A stretch of DNA of 64,000 nt from Octopus vulgaris (Eukaryota): assembly GCA_951406725.2 (NCBI GenBank), contig OX597814.1, forward strand, positions 18,476,001-18,540,000, in the 5' to 3' direction. This document shows, piece by piece, positions 40,034 through 53,750 of the stretch (within the stretch, counting starts at the first letter, position 1; the number at the start of each line of letters is the position of its first letter). The notes below the pieces were generated by a model, which saw only the letters and a list, made by a program, of their open reading frames with translations, was not told the DNA's origin and ran no database searches. The translations under genes were made by a program, and so were the position numbers.

Positions 40034-40437
40034 GACGAAATAGTTTCTAAAATTCAAAATTTTGTCAAAAACGTCAAGAGTAAAACCTTGTCTATGTGAC
40101 ACATTCTACCAGTATCGGAAGTTTGAAAGTCTTTAGTTAAGAAAAAAATAATTAAATAAGCTGTACGTTTAATTGAATAGATCCGAAATAGATGAAAGGC
40201 AAGACGACCTCGGCGGAATTTGAACTCAGAACTTAAAGACAGACGAAATACCGCTTCTAAAATACAAAATTTTGTCGAAAACGTTAAGATTAAACCCTTT
40301 TCTATGTGACATATTCTACCAGCATCGAAAGTTTGAAAGTGTTTAGTTTTAAAAAATTAATCAAATAATCTGTACGTGAAAGTTGACCTCGGCGAAATTT
40401 GAGCTTAAAAACTAAAGACAGACGAAATACAGTTAAG
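40034..40437. repeat. Diverged ~205-bp tandem duplication of a chimeric unit (MITE subterminal-like piece + SINE A fragment)
   Basis: ttctaaaat.caaaattttgtc...tgtgaca.attctaccag.atcg.aagtttgaaag...ctgtacgt...gacctcggcg.aatttga.ct...aaagacagacgaaatac occurs twice. Confidence 0.8.
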
Positions 40438-40639
40438 CTAACATTCATTTTAGAAATATACACTTTATTCTTATTGCTAAAGCGTTACTCCCTTACTTAC
40501 TGACATAAAATTTCGTAACATTTTACCTCATGTCTCTTTTTATACTATTTTTTTCTTCAATGCGACTAGCAATACTGAGTTCCTCATGCATTTTCTATCA
40601 TTTAAGCCTATGAAAGGTATACTTTTAATTTAAAATTTT

Positions 40640-41527
40640 GGATCTTTTCAATTCTGAAGCCAGTTTTTTCAAATTTTTCCTACTGAACCAAACAATTTGA
40701 AACTTCGTATACTGGTAGAATGTGTCAAAAGTAAACTTAATTGTAAACCAGAATGAAAACGGAATTGTAACTTCTAAGTTTAACGTTGTTTAATAATTAG
40801 AATTTTAACCAATGATATTCCGTCATTCGGCTTTATTTTATTTACTCCGTCTCGACCACCAATTTGGTGACGTATTAAACATCTTAAATGTAAACAAGCC
40901 GCATGTCTCCGTGAAATCTCCTTCTAATTATTTAACGTACTCATGTTTCCAGGATCCTATAGTCAGCCACCTTCTAATAACAATATTTAAAACTAGTTAA
41001 TAAGCCACATGTATTAAATTGAAAATGTTTCCATTCTGTTAGTACTTGCTTTCGTTTGCTATTAAGAAGTGGCATCTCAGTGACGAGGCTTCTAACAAGA
41101 TTTCGTTTCTAAGCTAATGCGTTTCATTTCACTTATTGTATTTATTTGTGCAAAAGGCAAGAAATTTAATATTAAAAAAGCAAAGAGCTGGCAGAAACGT
41201 TAGCACGCCGGGCGAAATGCGTAGCCGTATTTCGTCTGCCGTTACGTTCTGTGTTTGTTTACAGTTTTCCGAACGTTAGTACGTCACAAAAGCGCTTTCT
41301 ACGTCACACTAATAGAATGCAGTCAAGTTTTACACATGAAAACAAACAATCTGATTGGTTAAAATTCGCAGTTTTAATCTACGATTAAAGTCATAAAATA
41401 GATTTTTCTCAAATAAACTAGTTCCAACCTGTGTCTTGTTTTGCTAGACTCTATCAGCATACGAAGTTTCAGAATATTTAGTTAAGTAGAAAGATCTGTG
41501 GTCCTGGCTTCAGAATTGAAAAGATCC
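40640..41527. mobile_element. Non-autonomous TIR DNA transposon with GG...CC ends and 8-bp TSD
   Basis: Perfect 24-bp TIR ggatcttttcaattctgaagccag (40640-40663 / 41504-41527), with weaker subterminal complementarity (gaaacttcgtat / atacgaagtttc). aaaatttt lies on both sides. A SINE A 5' fragment sits inside at ~41185-41250. Superfamily (Merlin, MULE or hAT) is unresolved. Confidence 0.8.
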
Positions 41528-41872
41528 AAAATTTTAAAAAAATTTTGTTAATTAAAGATGAATACCTTGAGGTCGCAGATATTTTGATGTAACATTTTTT
41601 CTACGGAACCAAATCTCAAGCTATTTATGCCAATGTGTAGCTAAGGAGGTGTCCTCTTTCAAATTATTAACAGTTTGCAATTTAGTTGAGCACTAAATTA
41701 GTAATGAAGCTTGGAAGCTGCTGCGATTGACGAAATTGTGGACTTAAGAATATATTCAACCACGGTAGTGGTTGAATGATAACATTTTATCTCAAAGGCT
41801 ATTATCGCTTTATTACTTTCAGTATTCAACTTCCAAGTTTGGCCTAAGGGAAATTAACATTAGTCTTAAAAA

Positions 41873-41903
<31 letters not shown>

Positions 41904-43449
41904 GTTAATATAATATTTTTATTTTCGAAAGAAGATCTAATTTTGCAAGAGTCACTTTTGTTGCCTGCAATTCGGCACTTTACTTCTTTGTCCTTACCTC
42001 TTCCGTTATTGTTCTTCCCAAATATGTAAATTTATACATGTTGTTTGAACATCTTCCCAATAGCTTTATTTGAACTGAATACTGTTTTTATGTTTTCTAC
42101 ACTTATTTCCTTTCTATGATATCTTACATTTGTATCAAGGCGTGTGACTGCATCTCTAAGTTCTTTATTCTATGCTATTAAATCACTGACATTTTTATCT
42201 TTTCTTTACTCTTGGTTTCTGTCATTATACATTCCAAAACCACGAAAAACGTTTAAGTCAAGCGAAAAAAAGTCATTTTTCTCTCTGTTGTTTTACAGTA
42301 GATTTTGGTGAATTTCTAGATATAACGTGGAAGTTCACCTAATGAACATAAGGTTTTTTGTCCTTTGCATATTCTTATCATGCCTTTATAGCATTTACTA
42401 TTGGAAAATTAATATTATATTTTATCCTAATAATGTATTTTTCCCAAGTTACAGATGGCTGATTTTTTAATTTTTAATTTTTTCAATGAATTTATGCTAC
42501 AGGTCAGACGGGTGCTCCAAGTACGTTTTCCGATAAAATATTAGTGTTACATTCTACTCAACAGTATTTCTCCTTTCTTGGAAATAAGCTTTTTTTTTCT
42601 CTCATATAACTTCTATTGTTTCTTTCGGATACTAGTATGATATAATGCTAATTTGGCTTGGATGGGTTAAGTTATTTTCGTGCTGTCTGGCTTCTCCCTG
42701 CTTTGGCAGTGGTATAACTATTCCTCTCATTTACCTGGCTATTCTCCATTTGCAATAGTTAATACTATTGCAAATTTTACAAAGAATCGCTGTTGTATAT
42801 AGGGAGGGTAAAGCAGACCCTGTTGGGCTGGGCCACATTTTCTTACAATATGCTTCTTAAATCTGAATTAATATTCCGTTATATTTTCGGGTACGATAAT
42901 AGAAGAGCAGAATTTTTTTTTTTCATTTCAATAAACAATGTTCTACGTCATAATTTCAATCTGCATGTCAACGAGCGAAATCACTTCTGCATTAATACCT
43001 TACGTTTTTTTTACAAGAAGCACATTCTATTTTGGTTAGAAGGTCTTAAATCAATTTTAACTTTAAATATATATTAAACGTATTTTAACATAGAAGAATA
43101 ACATTATGGCAAAGTTTAACTCTTTTAAAATATAATGAACGATTCCTTAGATGCTTCTCTTCTTCAGAAAACTACGATCGGCAATAGGCGAGAGAATCAA
43201 AAAACGAATAACAACCACAATTATTTAAAAGATCACTCGCCAGATTTGTGCATTCAACGCTATAAGCATCGTAAAAGCATTTCAGAGGGAATATAATTCT
43301 GCGGCCAATCCGATTTTATGTGGTTCTTGTTGCTTATGGTAGGCAGTAACGCTCGATTACATCGGCATAAGATACGAAAGTGTCATACTAATCATACATG
43401 AAATATGCCTAAACTCAACGACTACTTCTTATATTTTCCAGCAATCCTA

Positions 43450-44290
43450 AGAACGTGTAAATGAGCCCTTGCAAAACCACTGCGATCTCTCTTTTAGAGT
43501 TTTCTGACATATGAGGGCAAATTAATGGAAAGCTTAATATGCCCCATTCATAAAGGCTGAAGCAAAGCAGATGCTAAAAATTACTGGCTTTTCTCTCTGG
43601 CCTCATATAATAAAAATCATGGAACAAATTAAGGGAATGAAAATAATCATGTTCCTCGAAGATAATTACTTCCTTGGTTTTCGACCAAAATATTGCTGCC
43701 TAACCCAACTCTTAGAACAGCATCTCAAACGAGGGTGATGTATCCCCACTTTGTGAAACCCTTGGATAAAGTCGATCATGGAATGATATCTTACAAACTG
43801 CATGATCTTGGCATAGTCAGAAATCTGGAGGAGTTGTTACCTGACATTTTAAAAGACACATGTCAAACAGTAGTAGCCCATAGGGCCGTCTCCCAGCAGA
43901 AACCGATATTAGTGCCACACAGAAAAATCTTATGGGCCGACAGCTGTTCATGACAGCTCTCTCAGGCCTGCTGTCAGCTATACAAGTAGCCGTCCTCGGT
44001 CCTTCAGACGTTGCAAAAATATTACAGGCAATAAAGAACCATGGAGATGCTACACACCTATAACATTTCTTAAATGTTTTATATAAGGGTGGTCAAAGAA
44101 AATAGTATACAATGTAAAGCTGAAAAATGCTGAGCAATCTTGAATCGGCAAAAAAGATTAAATGCAATGCATACAAAATACATCGGACCAGAAGGGATTA
44201 CAGTCACAGAATCATAATCAGCCCGTGACATAGGCATTAACATGAATAATGGTACTTCTTTTGTTGTGCATATTACTACGATAGCCGTGA
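43450..44290 (+). mobile_element. Degraded CR1-group reverse transcriptase fragment
   Basis: Frameshifted motifs in RT order: ICPIHKG..ADAKNY, GFRP, CLTQLL, KPLDKVDHGMISYKLHDLGI (cf. KAFDxVxH..L..KL...GI). Confidence 0.8.
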
Positions 44291-44409
44291 GTCAGGAGAA
44301 TCGTTAGTAAGCAACGCTGCTACACGAAAACAATAGACTCAATGCAACAGAAAGGCTAAACATTTTAAAACGTTACTCCCTAACGCAAAGACAAGAAAAT
44401 ACAGTATTA

Positions 44410-44905
44410 CGGGATGAATTCAAAATGTATCCGGCCTTGATTTTTTTTTTACACAAAATAATACGGCGTGAGCAAAATCCGCATGGCTATTAGGTGACCA
44501 CTTCCTTCCTGAGCATGCACAAAACCTTTTGTCAGTAGGTTGCGCCATTCGCTTGCAGTGACGCTTGGAGTACATACGTGAAGAGTGTGCGATTTTTCTT
44601 TTTCACTCAAGAGGACGCAATGCATTGAGCAAAGATACCATATAAAATTCTTCCAAAATCTTGGTGATACGCAAGCCCAGACTATGGAGAAGATTCAGAA
44701 GGACTTTGGAGCTGATACTATGGGAAAAATACAAATAAAAGAGTAGTACAACCGGTTCAAATATGGCCTCTCCTCGGTGGACAGTGAGTCACACTGTGGT
44801 CAGACAATTAACAAAGAATACTATCTGGGGATTCTTCGTCGATTTCTTGAAGTTTTACGGTAAAAACGACCCGACTTGGTGGACAGCAAAGAACTGACAA
44901 CTCAA
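44410..44905 (+). pseudogene. Internally deleted mariner transposase relic
   Basis: IEQRYHIKFFQNLGDTQAQTMEKIQKDFGADTMGKIQIKE*YNRFKYGLSSVDSESHCG is fused in frame to QTINKEYYLGILRRFLEVLR*KRPDL. A TA followed by TIR-like cgggatgaattcaaaatgtatccg lies at the 5' end. Confidence 0.85.
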
Positions 44906-45348
44906 CCGTGACCTCGCATCCGCTCATTTCGCCCGCGTCGTTCAAGCATTCCGTCTGATAAGGGTACACTAGGTACATGCATCACAACCATATGTGCGCG
45001 ACATAGTGATCTCATACCAAGATAAACAGCACATGAACTTGCAGGTGGAGCCCAACTAGAATTTTTTCTTCTCGTCAAGTAACCCATCCTGTTCAAAAGG
45101 TCCCTGAATAAGGATTGTTTAAGGATGTTGACTGAAACACGCATGTTTCCCCGAGGTGAATTATTCAAAACCCCAAAGAATCCCTCACAACACATGGCCA
45201 TGATACTCCCCCACTACTTCTGCTCGTGATCAGAGATGCACATATCGTCAGCCACTAAGGGACATGGTCAACTGGTTAAGGTCAAGCAACTGACAAGCAA
45301 ATCTGTGGTATCGAGCAGAATATTTGCTGTAGCCCATATTATTATTAT

Positions 45349-45404
<56 letters not shown>

Positions 45405-45483
45405 ATATTTATTGTATACAGTCACACATGCACATACATATTCTTACATACAGAGGTAGATAAATTAATGTATTTTTGTATAC

Positions 45484-45553
<70 letters not shown>

Positions 45554-46053
45554 TGTCATCAGACATGTATCAGCAAATGTATATGCGACTACCATGTGAG
45601 CGTGCGTTTGCTTATGTGATTATGCATACACTTTTGAGGGAGTATATCTGTGTACGATAAAAGAAATGTAAAAAAAGAAACAAATCCAAAAGTGACAGAC
45701 AATTACTGTTCTTGTCGTTGTTGCTCGTATTGTTGTTGTTACTTTTTGTCATTGCTATATTTTTGTTGTTGTAGCTGTCGTCGTCGTTGTCGGTGTTGTT
45801 GTTGTTGTTGTTGTTGTTGTCATTGTTCTTCTTACTGTTGCTTTCTTTCTCTCAAAAACAGATTTGAATCAGTTTGCATTTGAAATTCATTGAAGCAAAT
45901 CGCCAGTTTGTACGATTCCTGAAGTGAATTAAAATATTCTAGGATGTTATCTAATTTTACACGTGAGATATCCGGATAATAGGATTCTTCATACTCTAAC
46001 TCTATAGAATGCGTAACATTGTAAAAATAATATTTTTATCTTTTTGAACTAAG

Positions 46054-46120
<67 letters not shown>

Positions 46121-46440
46121 GCGCAAAGAAATTGTAAGCTTATTGCGAAGATATTAAAAGCCTGCAGACTGACACCAAAATAAAAGTCGAGGAAAAGAAT
46201 TTATCCTCTCTTGACATGAATTACACAGATTAAATTGGATTTAAAACCAAGAAATGAAATAAGAAAATATAATGTATATACGTAAAATAAAAGTTTCAAA
46301 AAAAAAAAGTAGAATAAATAGAACACGATTACGCTTGTATTAAATTATCGGATGAATTTTAAGGATATTTCGTCGGTTTTGCACACTTTTGTTTAATACA
46401 TTTTGTGCCCTCCCTACCACCAGATTCACCGACCCCTTTC

Positions 46441-46478
<38 letters not shown>

Positions 46479-46696
46479 GCATATATATATATATGTATAT
46501 ATATATATGTATGTATGTATATATGTGTGTGTGTATGTGTGTGTATCTGTGTGTACAAGCATGCGTATAGGTATGTTTATATGTATATATGTATATATAT
46601 ATACATATATATATATATGCATATATATATATATGTATATATATGTATATGTATATCGTTTTTTGTAGTTTCATCTCATATATATATAACAAGCGA

Positions 46697-46755
<59 letters not shown>

Positions 46756-47117
46756 CGTAATATGCTTAGAGAAGTGTCTGTTTTAATCTTTGCTAAAAAG
46801 CAATTGAAAATTCTAAGAAATGGAATTATGAATAGCTGTTGATTGGATGAAATTGTGAAAACTTAAATAAAATCTGACAGTGGGAGGAACCGGTGTCGTA
46901 ACTTAGCGACTGTTTGAAAACAGATGATTTGGCTTCTTAATATATCTGATGAAACAAGATAGGAGGATTAATTTAAAGTGAACTCGACCTGAAAATAAAT
47001 AAAGGATACATACATAAAGAATATCGATTAATATAAAAGAGATAAATACATTTGACATACACATTATAATAATAGCGTGGTGTCAAAGACATTAACAAGT
47101 ATATCAGCATTAACATG

Positions 47118-47167
<50 letters not shown>

Positions 47168-47365
47168 TAATAATAATAGTAATAATGATAACAACAACAA
47201 CGTGCACACTTTATTAGGATTAAAAATTAAATTAAATTTTTAGATAGAAAAATATACATAATATACATACATATGTGTGTGTGTGTACGTATATATATAT
47301 ATGAATTACAACCAGTGTGCTCCTAAAATGTTGCTTTCATACATTTTATCTATATTTTTTTAATT

Positions 47366-47672
47366 TTTATGTGCCCTTTCCAAGCCTAGCCAGACTCATG
47401 GGCCCGGTTTCCCGGTTTCTGTGGCGTATGTGTTCCACCCAGCTGGACGGGACGCCAGTCCATCGCAGCGTTACTCCACAAACAAAAAGAAAGATTGAGA
47501 GAAAGTTGGGGCGAAATAGTATAACGAGGGTCGCCACCACCCCCTGCCGGAACCTCGTGGAGCTTTAGGTGTTTTCGCTCAATAAACACACACAACGCCC
47601 TATCTGAGAATCGAAACTGCGATCCTTCGACCGCGAGTCCGCTGCCCTAACCACTGGGCGATTGCACCTCCT
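47366..47672 (-). mobile_element. SINE family C with tail type 4
   Basis: Family C head on the minus strand; tail gagtaacgctgcgatggactggcgtcccgtccagc...gaaaccgggaaaccgggcccatgag; TSD-like tctatatttt. Confidence 0.88.
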
Positions 47673-48207
47673 CTCTATATTTTAGTGGCTTGTTATACTC
47701 TGAATGACTCAAGGGCACTTCACCTTTAATAATTTAGTCGCTGATAGTGATTCAATATATAAGGCAAATTATGCTGGATATAAAATCACAAATTAAACAG
47801 GCTAAATAATTTGGACGTGAATTATTTATTATACATAATTATTTCACAATTTAATTACAAATTTTATTATGTATCAGGTCTCAATCTAAACAAAGATATT
47901 CATAATTATTTAAACTAATATTGTATGTTATATACTAATATTTTATCATATATTCTAATGAAATATTGTTATATATGATTATATTATAGAATAAGTATAT
48001 ATTAAAATTATATAATAGACACTTTATGAATTGAAAACAATTATTTAGATTAATTATATAATATGTTATACATAATTCCGTAATAGATTAATTAAATATT
48101 ATACGAGTGCCTTGTCTACTTTTAGACGAGATACAATTAAGAATTTTGAATGCTCAGAAATTACACTGCTGCAGTTCATATTGTTGATGAATTATTCCAA
48201 AGTATAA

Positions 48208-48420
48208 TCTATTATATAAAATCCGTTCTGTCTGTCTGTCTGTGTGTCTTCTAGGATCTCGGGCATCCTCCATCCGATTGCGCTCAAATTTGATATGTAG
48301 ATACCGACGGTATCGGGGCGTGTATAAGTCTTGAAAAAAATTACAAAAATCGATTCCAGGTGAGAATGCCATCGATAAAGCCGTGGAAACGTGCATTTGT
48401 ACGCACAAGTACATCATCTG
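48208..48420 (+). mobile_element. Helitron-type 5' end fragment
   Basis: A|TCtattatataaaa followed by (ctgt)n and ccgattgcgctcaaatttg, the same architecture as the 5' end of the 22192 element. The 3' end was not identified. Confidence 0.5.
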
Positions 48421-49317
48421 TTGCCTCTAGCTTTTCCATGCCCTTGAACATCCCGTAAATTAAGTTAGCTTAAAATTAGTTACTTAGTTCCCTAGGTCGT
48501 TGCTTTTCATCGAAAATCGCTCCTTGTTGATTTCCTACATATTTTACCGGATAAACTTATTATTGTCCCAGGTACGTTCTCATAAATTCATCATGCTTTT
48601 CCATCTAGATTTACCTCCAGCTAACCCATTTGCATGCATCGTTTTTGTCCTGCTTTTCTTCCGTCAACCTGTACATAACTGCACCTTCCATTTTTTGTTG
48701 TTTTTGTACTACTTAAAGGCACGTCTATTTCCTGCCAAGCTTACTGTTTAAACCATGTTTGTGTTCTCCCAGTCAACAGCTTTATTATTACTGGTACTTT
48801 AAACTCTTCGGTTGCATATTTGTGTGAATAAAATCGTTCTTCTTTTGCTGATGTCTCAAATTTAGGTTAAATCAACATTTCTCAAAGGGGAGGCCTATGG
48901 GTCGGTTGGACAAGTTGTTTTCAGAAATTTTGGTTTAAATGTTTGACAACTCAACACCGTCTATTGGACGGGGGGCGTTTTGTATCTCCATAAAGTCAGA
49001 AACAGAATTCATTCTACTAGGTCTTAGTTTAGTTATGTTTAACTATTGATACTAATGCTGCTGATGACAATGATGACACTAGTGATGACGATGTCAATAA
49101 CGATGATGTTACTGGTGAAGGTTTAATATTGTTGTTGCTGTTCTCTTGTTTTTTTTCCTTTTACCTTAATCCTTTGGATGTAAATATATTCTCGCCGGTT
49201 GTTGTTTTGTTGTTTGTCCTGCTGTCTTATTTAAACATTCACGAATTATGATCCGAATAATAGATATTCGGTTCATAAATACAGAGTATATTTTTAGGTA
49301 AATAACGACGATGTTTC

Positions 49318-49550
49318 TTATTTCTTTATTGCCCACAAGGGGCTAAACATAGAGGGGACAAACAAGGACAGACAAAGGGATTAAGTCGATTGAATCGATC
49401 CCAGTGCGTAACTGGTACTTAATTTATCGACCAGGAAAGGATGAAAAAAATGTCGACTTCGGCGGAATTTGAACACAGAACGCAGCGGCGGACGAAATAC
49501 CACAAAGCATTTCGTCCGGCGTGCTAACGTTTCTGCCAGCTCTTCGCCTT
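49318..49550 (-). mobile_element. SINE family A monomer
   Basis: Full head, body and tail 1. Confidence 0.9.
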
Positions 49551-50250
49551 ATACGATGGGTTTTTCCATAACTGATATATTTATTATCTTTCTGCGTATT
49601 CACGTTTCACAAACAAAGAAAGAAAGAAGGAAAGAAACACATATTCATGTGGAACATGCACCAAATCCATCTTATTAGTTTGGAAAAACATGCGAATGTC
49701 AATGGCACCTTAGTCCCTTACCCTACATTGCTTAACTCGAACCTATCTTTCTTTTCTTAAATATTTCACTTCCTTCAAGTACGAAGCTGCTTTATACAAA
49801 TATGAAATAAAACTCTATAGGTGGATCTTATACAACAATGTTAAATGTTTTAAAATGAATTTAAAATTTCACCAGGGTTTTCCAGGGTTTACTAGTAAAT
49901 AAGTACAGAGTCACCAAATTTCATTATCATACAGCTACAGATTATTTATGTATTCATGTATGCGTATATATATATGTATGCATATATATGTTCTCAGTTT
50001 TATTAATTTGAAATCGTCCTCTTAGGAAGGGATTGGTTTCTAGCAAAGATACAAATCTTTGTTGTTGGAATGTCGATAAGAAAAACAAATTCACAATTTA
50101 CACCTGAGAAAACTCTTGCCAATTTTTATCTTTTTTTTAATTACAGATTGTATTTGTAATGTGAAAATTAGCTGTTTGATTTCTTGGGTGGGGGCAGAAT
50201 CCTAACTCATCCCGTTAGGCACCGATTATTACTGGTATAAAGGTGAATGT

Positions 50251-50389
50251 TTGGAAAAACATGCGAATGGCCTGCTCGCTTAGCCAGCGGGATGGCGTCA
50301 TTCGAAGGCTAAAAAAACAATGCGAACGCATTGTGACCAGCGATGTGTAACAACATCTGATGGTCTGGTCGGTCAAGTGACGTCACGTG
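50251..50389 (+). mobile_element. 5'-truncated SINE C tail type 2 with a templated 5' insertion
   Basis: Matches 34401-34518; 14-bp TSD ataaaggt(g/c)aatgt (50237-50250 / 50390-50403). Confidence 0.85.
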
Positions 50390-50586
50390 ATAAAGGTCAA
50401 TGTATAATCTTGGTTTCGAAGCAGTTGTTTGTAGATTATATTTTTCTCTTCCATTTTCGAAGCGATATTCACACCATGATACACACGTTTCCTTTTTTGT
50501 CCCCAAACAAAAGAATTATATATCGGCATGTTCTACCAATGTTTTTTTTTCTTGGTATTTACGTATGTATTAAATAACAGTGGGGG

Positions 50587-50973
50587 GTGGAGGCGCAATG
50601 GCCCAGTGGTTAGGGCAGCGGACTCGCGGTCATAGGATCGCGGTTTCGATTCCCAGACCGGGCGTTGTGAGTGTTTATTGAGCAAAAACACCTAAAGCTC
50701 CACGAGGCTCCGGCAGGGGATGGTGGTGATCCCTGCTGTACTCTTTCACCACAACTTTCTCTCACTCTTTCTTCCTATTTCTGTTGTACCTGTATTTCAA
50801 GGGGCCGGCCTTGTCACTCTCTGTGTCACGCTGAATATCCCCGAGAACTACGTTAAGGGTAGACGTGTTTGTGGAGTGTTCAGCCACTTACACGTTAATT
50901 TCACGAGCAGGCTGTTCCGTTGATTCGGATCAACCGGAACCCTCGTCGTCGTAACCGACGGTTGCTTCCATCC
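50587..50973 (+). mobile_element. SINE family C with tail type 1
   Basis: Highly similar to 18265-18653; TSD aaataacag(t)ggggg. Confidence 0.92.
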
Positions 50974-51049
50974 AAATAACAGGGGGATTCTCAATATTTA
51001 TTCCAGGACAGTCATTTTTTTTTTTTAGAATGGGATTGTATATTGTTTT

Positions 51050-52520
51050 GCCGAGTCACATAAGAAGGTAGTACCTTGATGACATTTTTGGGCGGCAGGC
51101 AATCACCTGTGGAATGTATTCCAGAGAGGTACGAGATAATCTACATTTTCGGTTGCAACTTGGGGCTCCAAAGACTTTCTTTTCTCTTTTGTTTATTAAG
51201 AATTCCATAGTCTCCTATTCTTGAATTGCAAATTCATAGCCTTCAGAATGTGATGCGAAGTAGCAGTCACGAGTCTAAATGAGGCTGCATTTCATGTTGA
51301 TATTACTGTCTTGTTCAAGATCCATGCATAGAGATTTTTGAAGGGGATATGCTGAGTGTCTTTAATGTATGATAGTTTGACTGTTTTGAGCTTGTATGCA
51401 AGGCTACTGAGAAGAGAATGCTTACTGAGGATAACGTAGGTTGCTGCTCTCTTTGCTTTTCAGCATTAAGTTTACACATTTATCTTTGCTCTTGTTTAGA
51501 GGGTGCTTTCTGAGTGTGACTGAATGACATTGGAAAGCTGTCTGCAAAGGTCTCAAACCTCAAACTCCTTTATCTCTCCTTGGGTAGTGCTTGTCGATAT
51601 CACTTTCTGTGAATGTTTCCACTTGGTGTCAGCATCTTGCGCGCTTTAAAAGTTTATGGAGTGAATTTCTTCTATAGAACAGTCATGCATCCGAAATGTT
51701 GGAACCAGCACTGGTACTACAACTGCATTGTGGGATATTTCTTGTAAGAACTCTTACAACATATTTTTCTAACCCTCATATGATATTCTCGAGTCACTCC
51801 ACCTTTTTTGACAGTACTTTCGTATGATATGTTTTCATGAATTCCTAGGTATTTGTAGCATTCCTTTCGTCGGATAAGAAATAATCAATCCATTGATGCA
51901 CAGGTTTCGGATTTCGAAGACTGATTTTCTACGTCCAACTGTCAAGTATGAACATTTGCTATGGCCTAATTCAATTCTTATGTCAGCTGAAAATGTTATT
52001 GTTAGCTTCAGCTGGGTTTTTTTTGGTACTTTTACATAACATTTTTAGCATAAACCTTCAGGTCAACCACGAAAAAATTATTAGTATGTCTAGGAGGTGC
52101 AGAACCCAGAATGGAGCCTTTTGTTTTTGTGGCTGGAATGATAATGAATTTAATGATAAAATGAAAAGATTTAAGGAACGATTATCTCCTTGGATTATTC
52201 CATTTGAAATATTTTATAACATTGGGGACATACTTTCCGCTCTCAGTTGTAAGCGTGAGAAATGTTGCCAGGTCTTTGTGAGTCTCTCTTACAGAAACTA
52301 GGCTAATAAGCATTTTTTTCAAATGTTGACACTTCACCAGCCAAGAGTAGGGATTAGGGTCGAACGCTTTAATATAATAAAGCCATACAGTGGCAAAACT
52401 TCTGCGGCTTCAGACAGTACAGCTTTGTTTAAAGTAGCTCGGCACATCCTCACTCATTCTTCTTTCCACCTACCTGCTCCTCAGTCACTGTGTTATAAGA
52501 CACACAATGATGCTGGAGTT
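51050..52520 (-). mobile_element. Degraded R4/Dong-like (RLE-type) non-LTR retrotransposon: RT plus C-terminal region
   Basis: Minus-strand motifs in the correct order: YIKAFDPNPYSWL (~52340-52375), ISNGIIQGD (~52185-52210), FVVDLKVYA (52047-52073, decayed F/YxDD), ECYKYLG (51843-51863), SHSEGYEFAIQE (~51220-51255), and CNRKCRL...VIACRPKMSSRYYL (~51065-51157, decayed CCHC knuckle). Confidence 0.85.
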
Positions 52521-53490
52521 GAGACTGCTTGTCTGTAGTTTGTACATAATATGCAGGCAACCTATAGTTTTCTGCCGAGTCAGCGGTCTTATTCTTGGCC
52601 ACGTGTATGTATGTATGCATACATTCATTAATGTAAGTATGCATGTATTTATGTATGTATGTATGTATGCATTCATGCATGTATATCTTCGTGCGTATGC
52701 TTTCCTGTTTTAAGCTTTCGAATTTCTTATTCACGGGAGAGGCAGCCGATTTCTAGCCAACAAACAAGGATTTTTATCGGAGTTTTAATATGAACGGTGT
52801 TGTTTTGTTAGCATGTTTATGTGTATACATGCATGTGCATATGTATGCCTATATACAGTTATGCATGTATACATACATGCATATACAGACGCATACATGG
52901 GTGCAGGCATGGTTGTAATTGCAGACGTAGATCTTAGTATATGCTAAACTTATTGAATGTTATGCATATTTTCATAGTATATTAATTATGTGGTTCTGTT
53001 AATGATTTGGGCAGTTAATTCGTCTTACAATGTACTGTATACGCTCATACAAAATGTGTGAAAGATAGTCGTATCTCTTATTCAAAATATAATTGTTGCG
53101 AATAGACAGACAGGATGACAGACAGACAGACAGGATGACAGACAGACAGACAGGATGACAGACAGACAGACAGGCAGACTGGTTGGTAGGGAGGGAAGAA
53201 GGAGGGAGGTACTTAATTGGTCGCTTGTGTCATTGTTTGTAAGAATGAGAGCTATAAATGACAGAAAGACAAAAGATGAAAATAAATTCATTCACACACA
53301 CTGCGCATGCACACACACTACACGCGCGCTCAAACACATACGAGAAAATGATTGTTGGTGCGCTGGGTATTTTTTTTTCGTAATTTCTCTTTCTATCTAG
53401 TTCTCCATCCATCTCTCTTCGCATGCATGCATGTACGTACGTACTTTTCTATGTATGTTATGTATGTATGTATGTATGTATGTATGTATG

Positions 53491-53520
<30 letters not shown>

Positions 53521-53521
<1 letters not shown>

Positions 53522-53750
53522 GGCGGGGAGCTGGCAGAAACGTTAGCACGCCGGGCGAAATGCGTAGCCGTATTTCGTTTGTCGTTACGTTCCGAGTTCA
53601 AATTCCGCCGATGTCGACTTTACCTTTCATCCTTTCGGAGTCGATAAATTAAGTACCAGTTACGCACTGGAGTCGATATAATCGACTTAATCCCTTCGTC
53701 TGTCCTTGTTTGTCCCTTCTGTGTTTAGCCCCTTGTGGGTAGTAAAGAAA
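53521..53750 (+). mobile_element. SINE family A monomer inserted in (TATG)n
   Basis: Full-length copy with TATG repeats on both sides. Confidence 0.92.
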
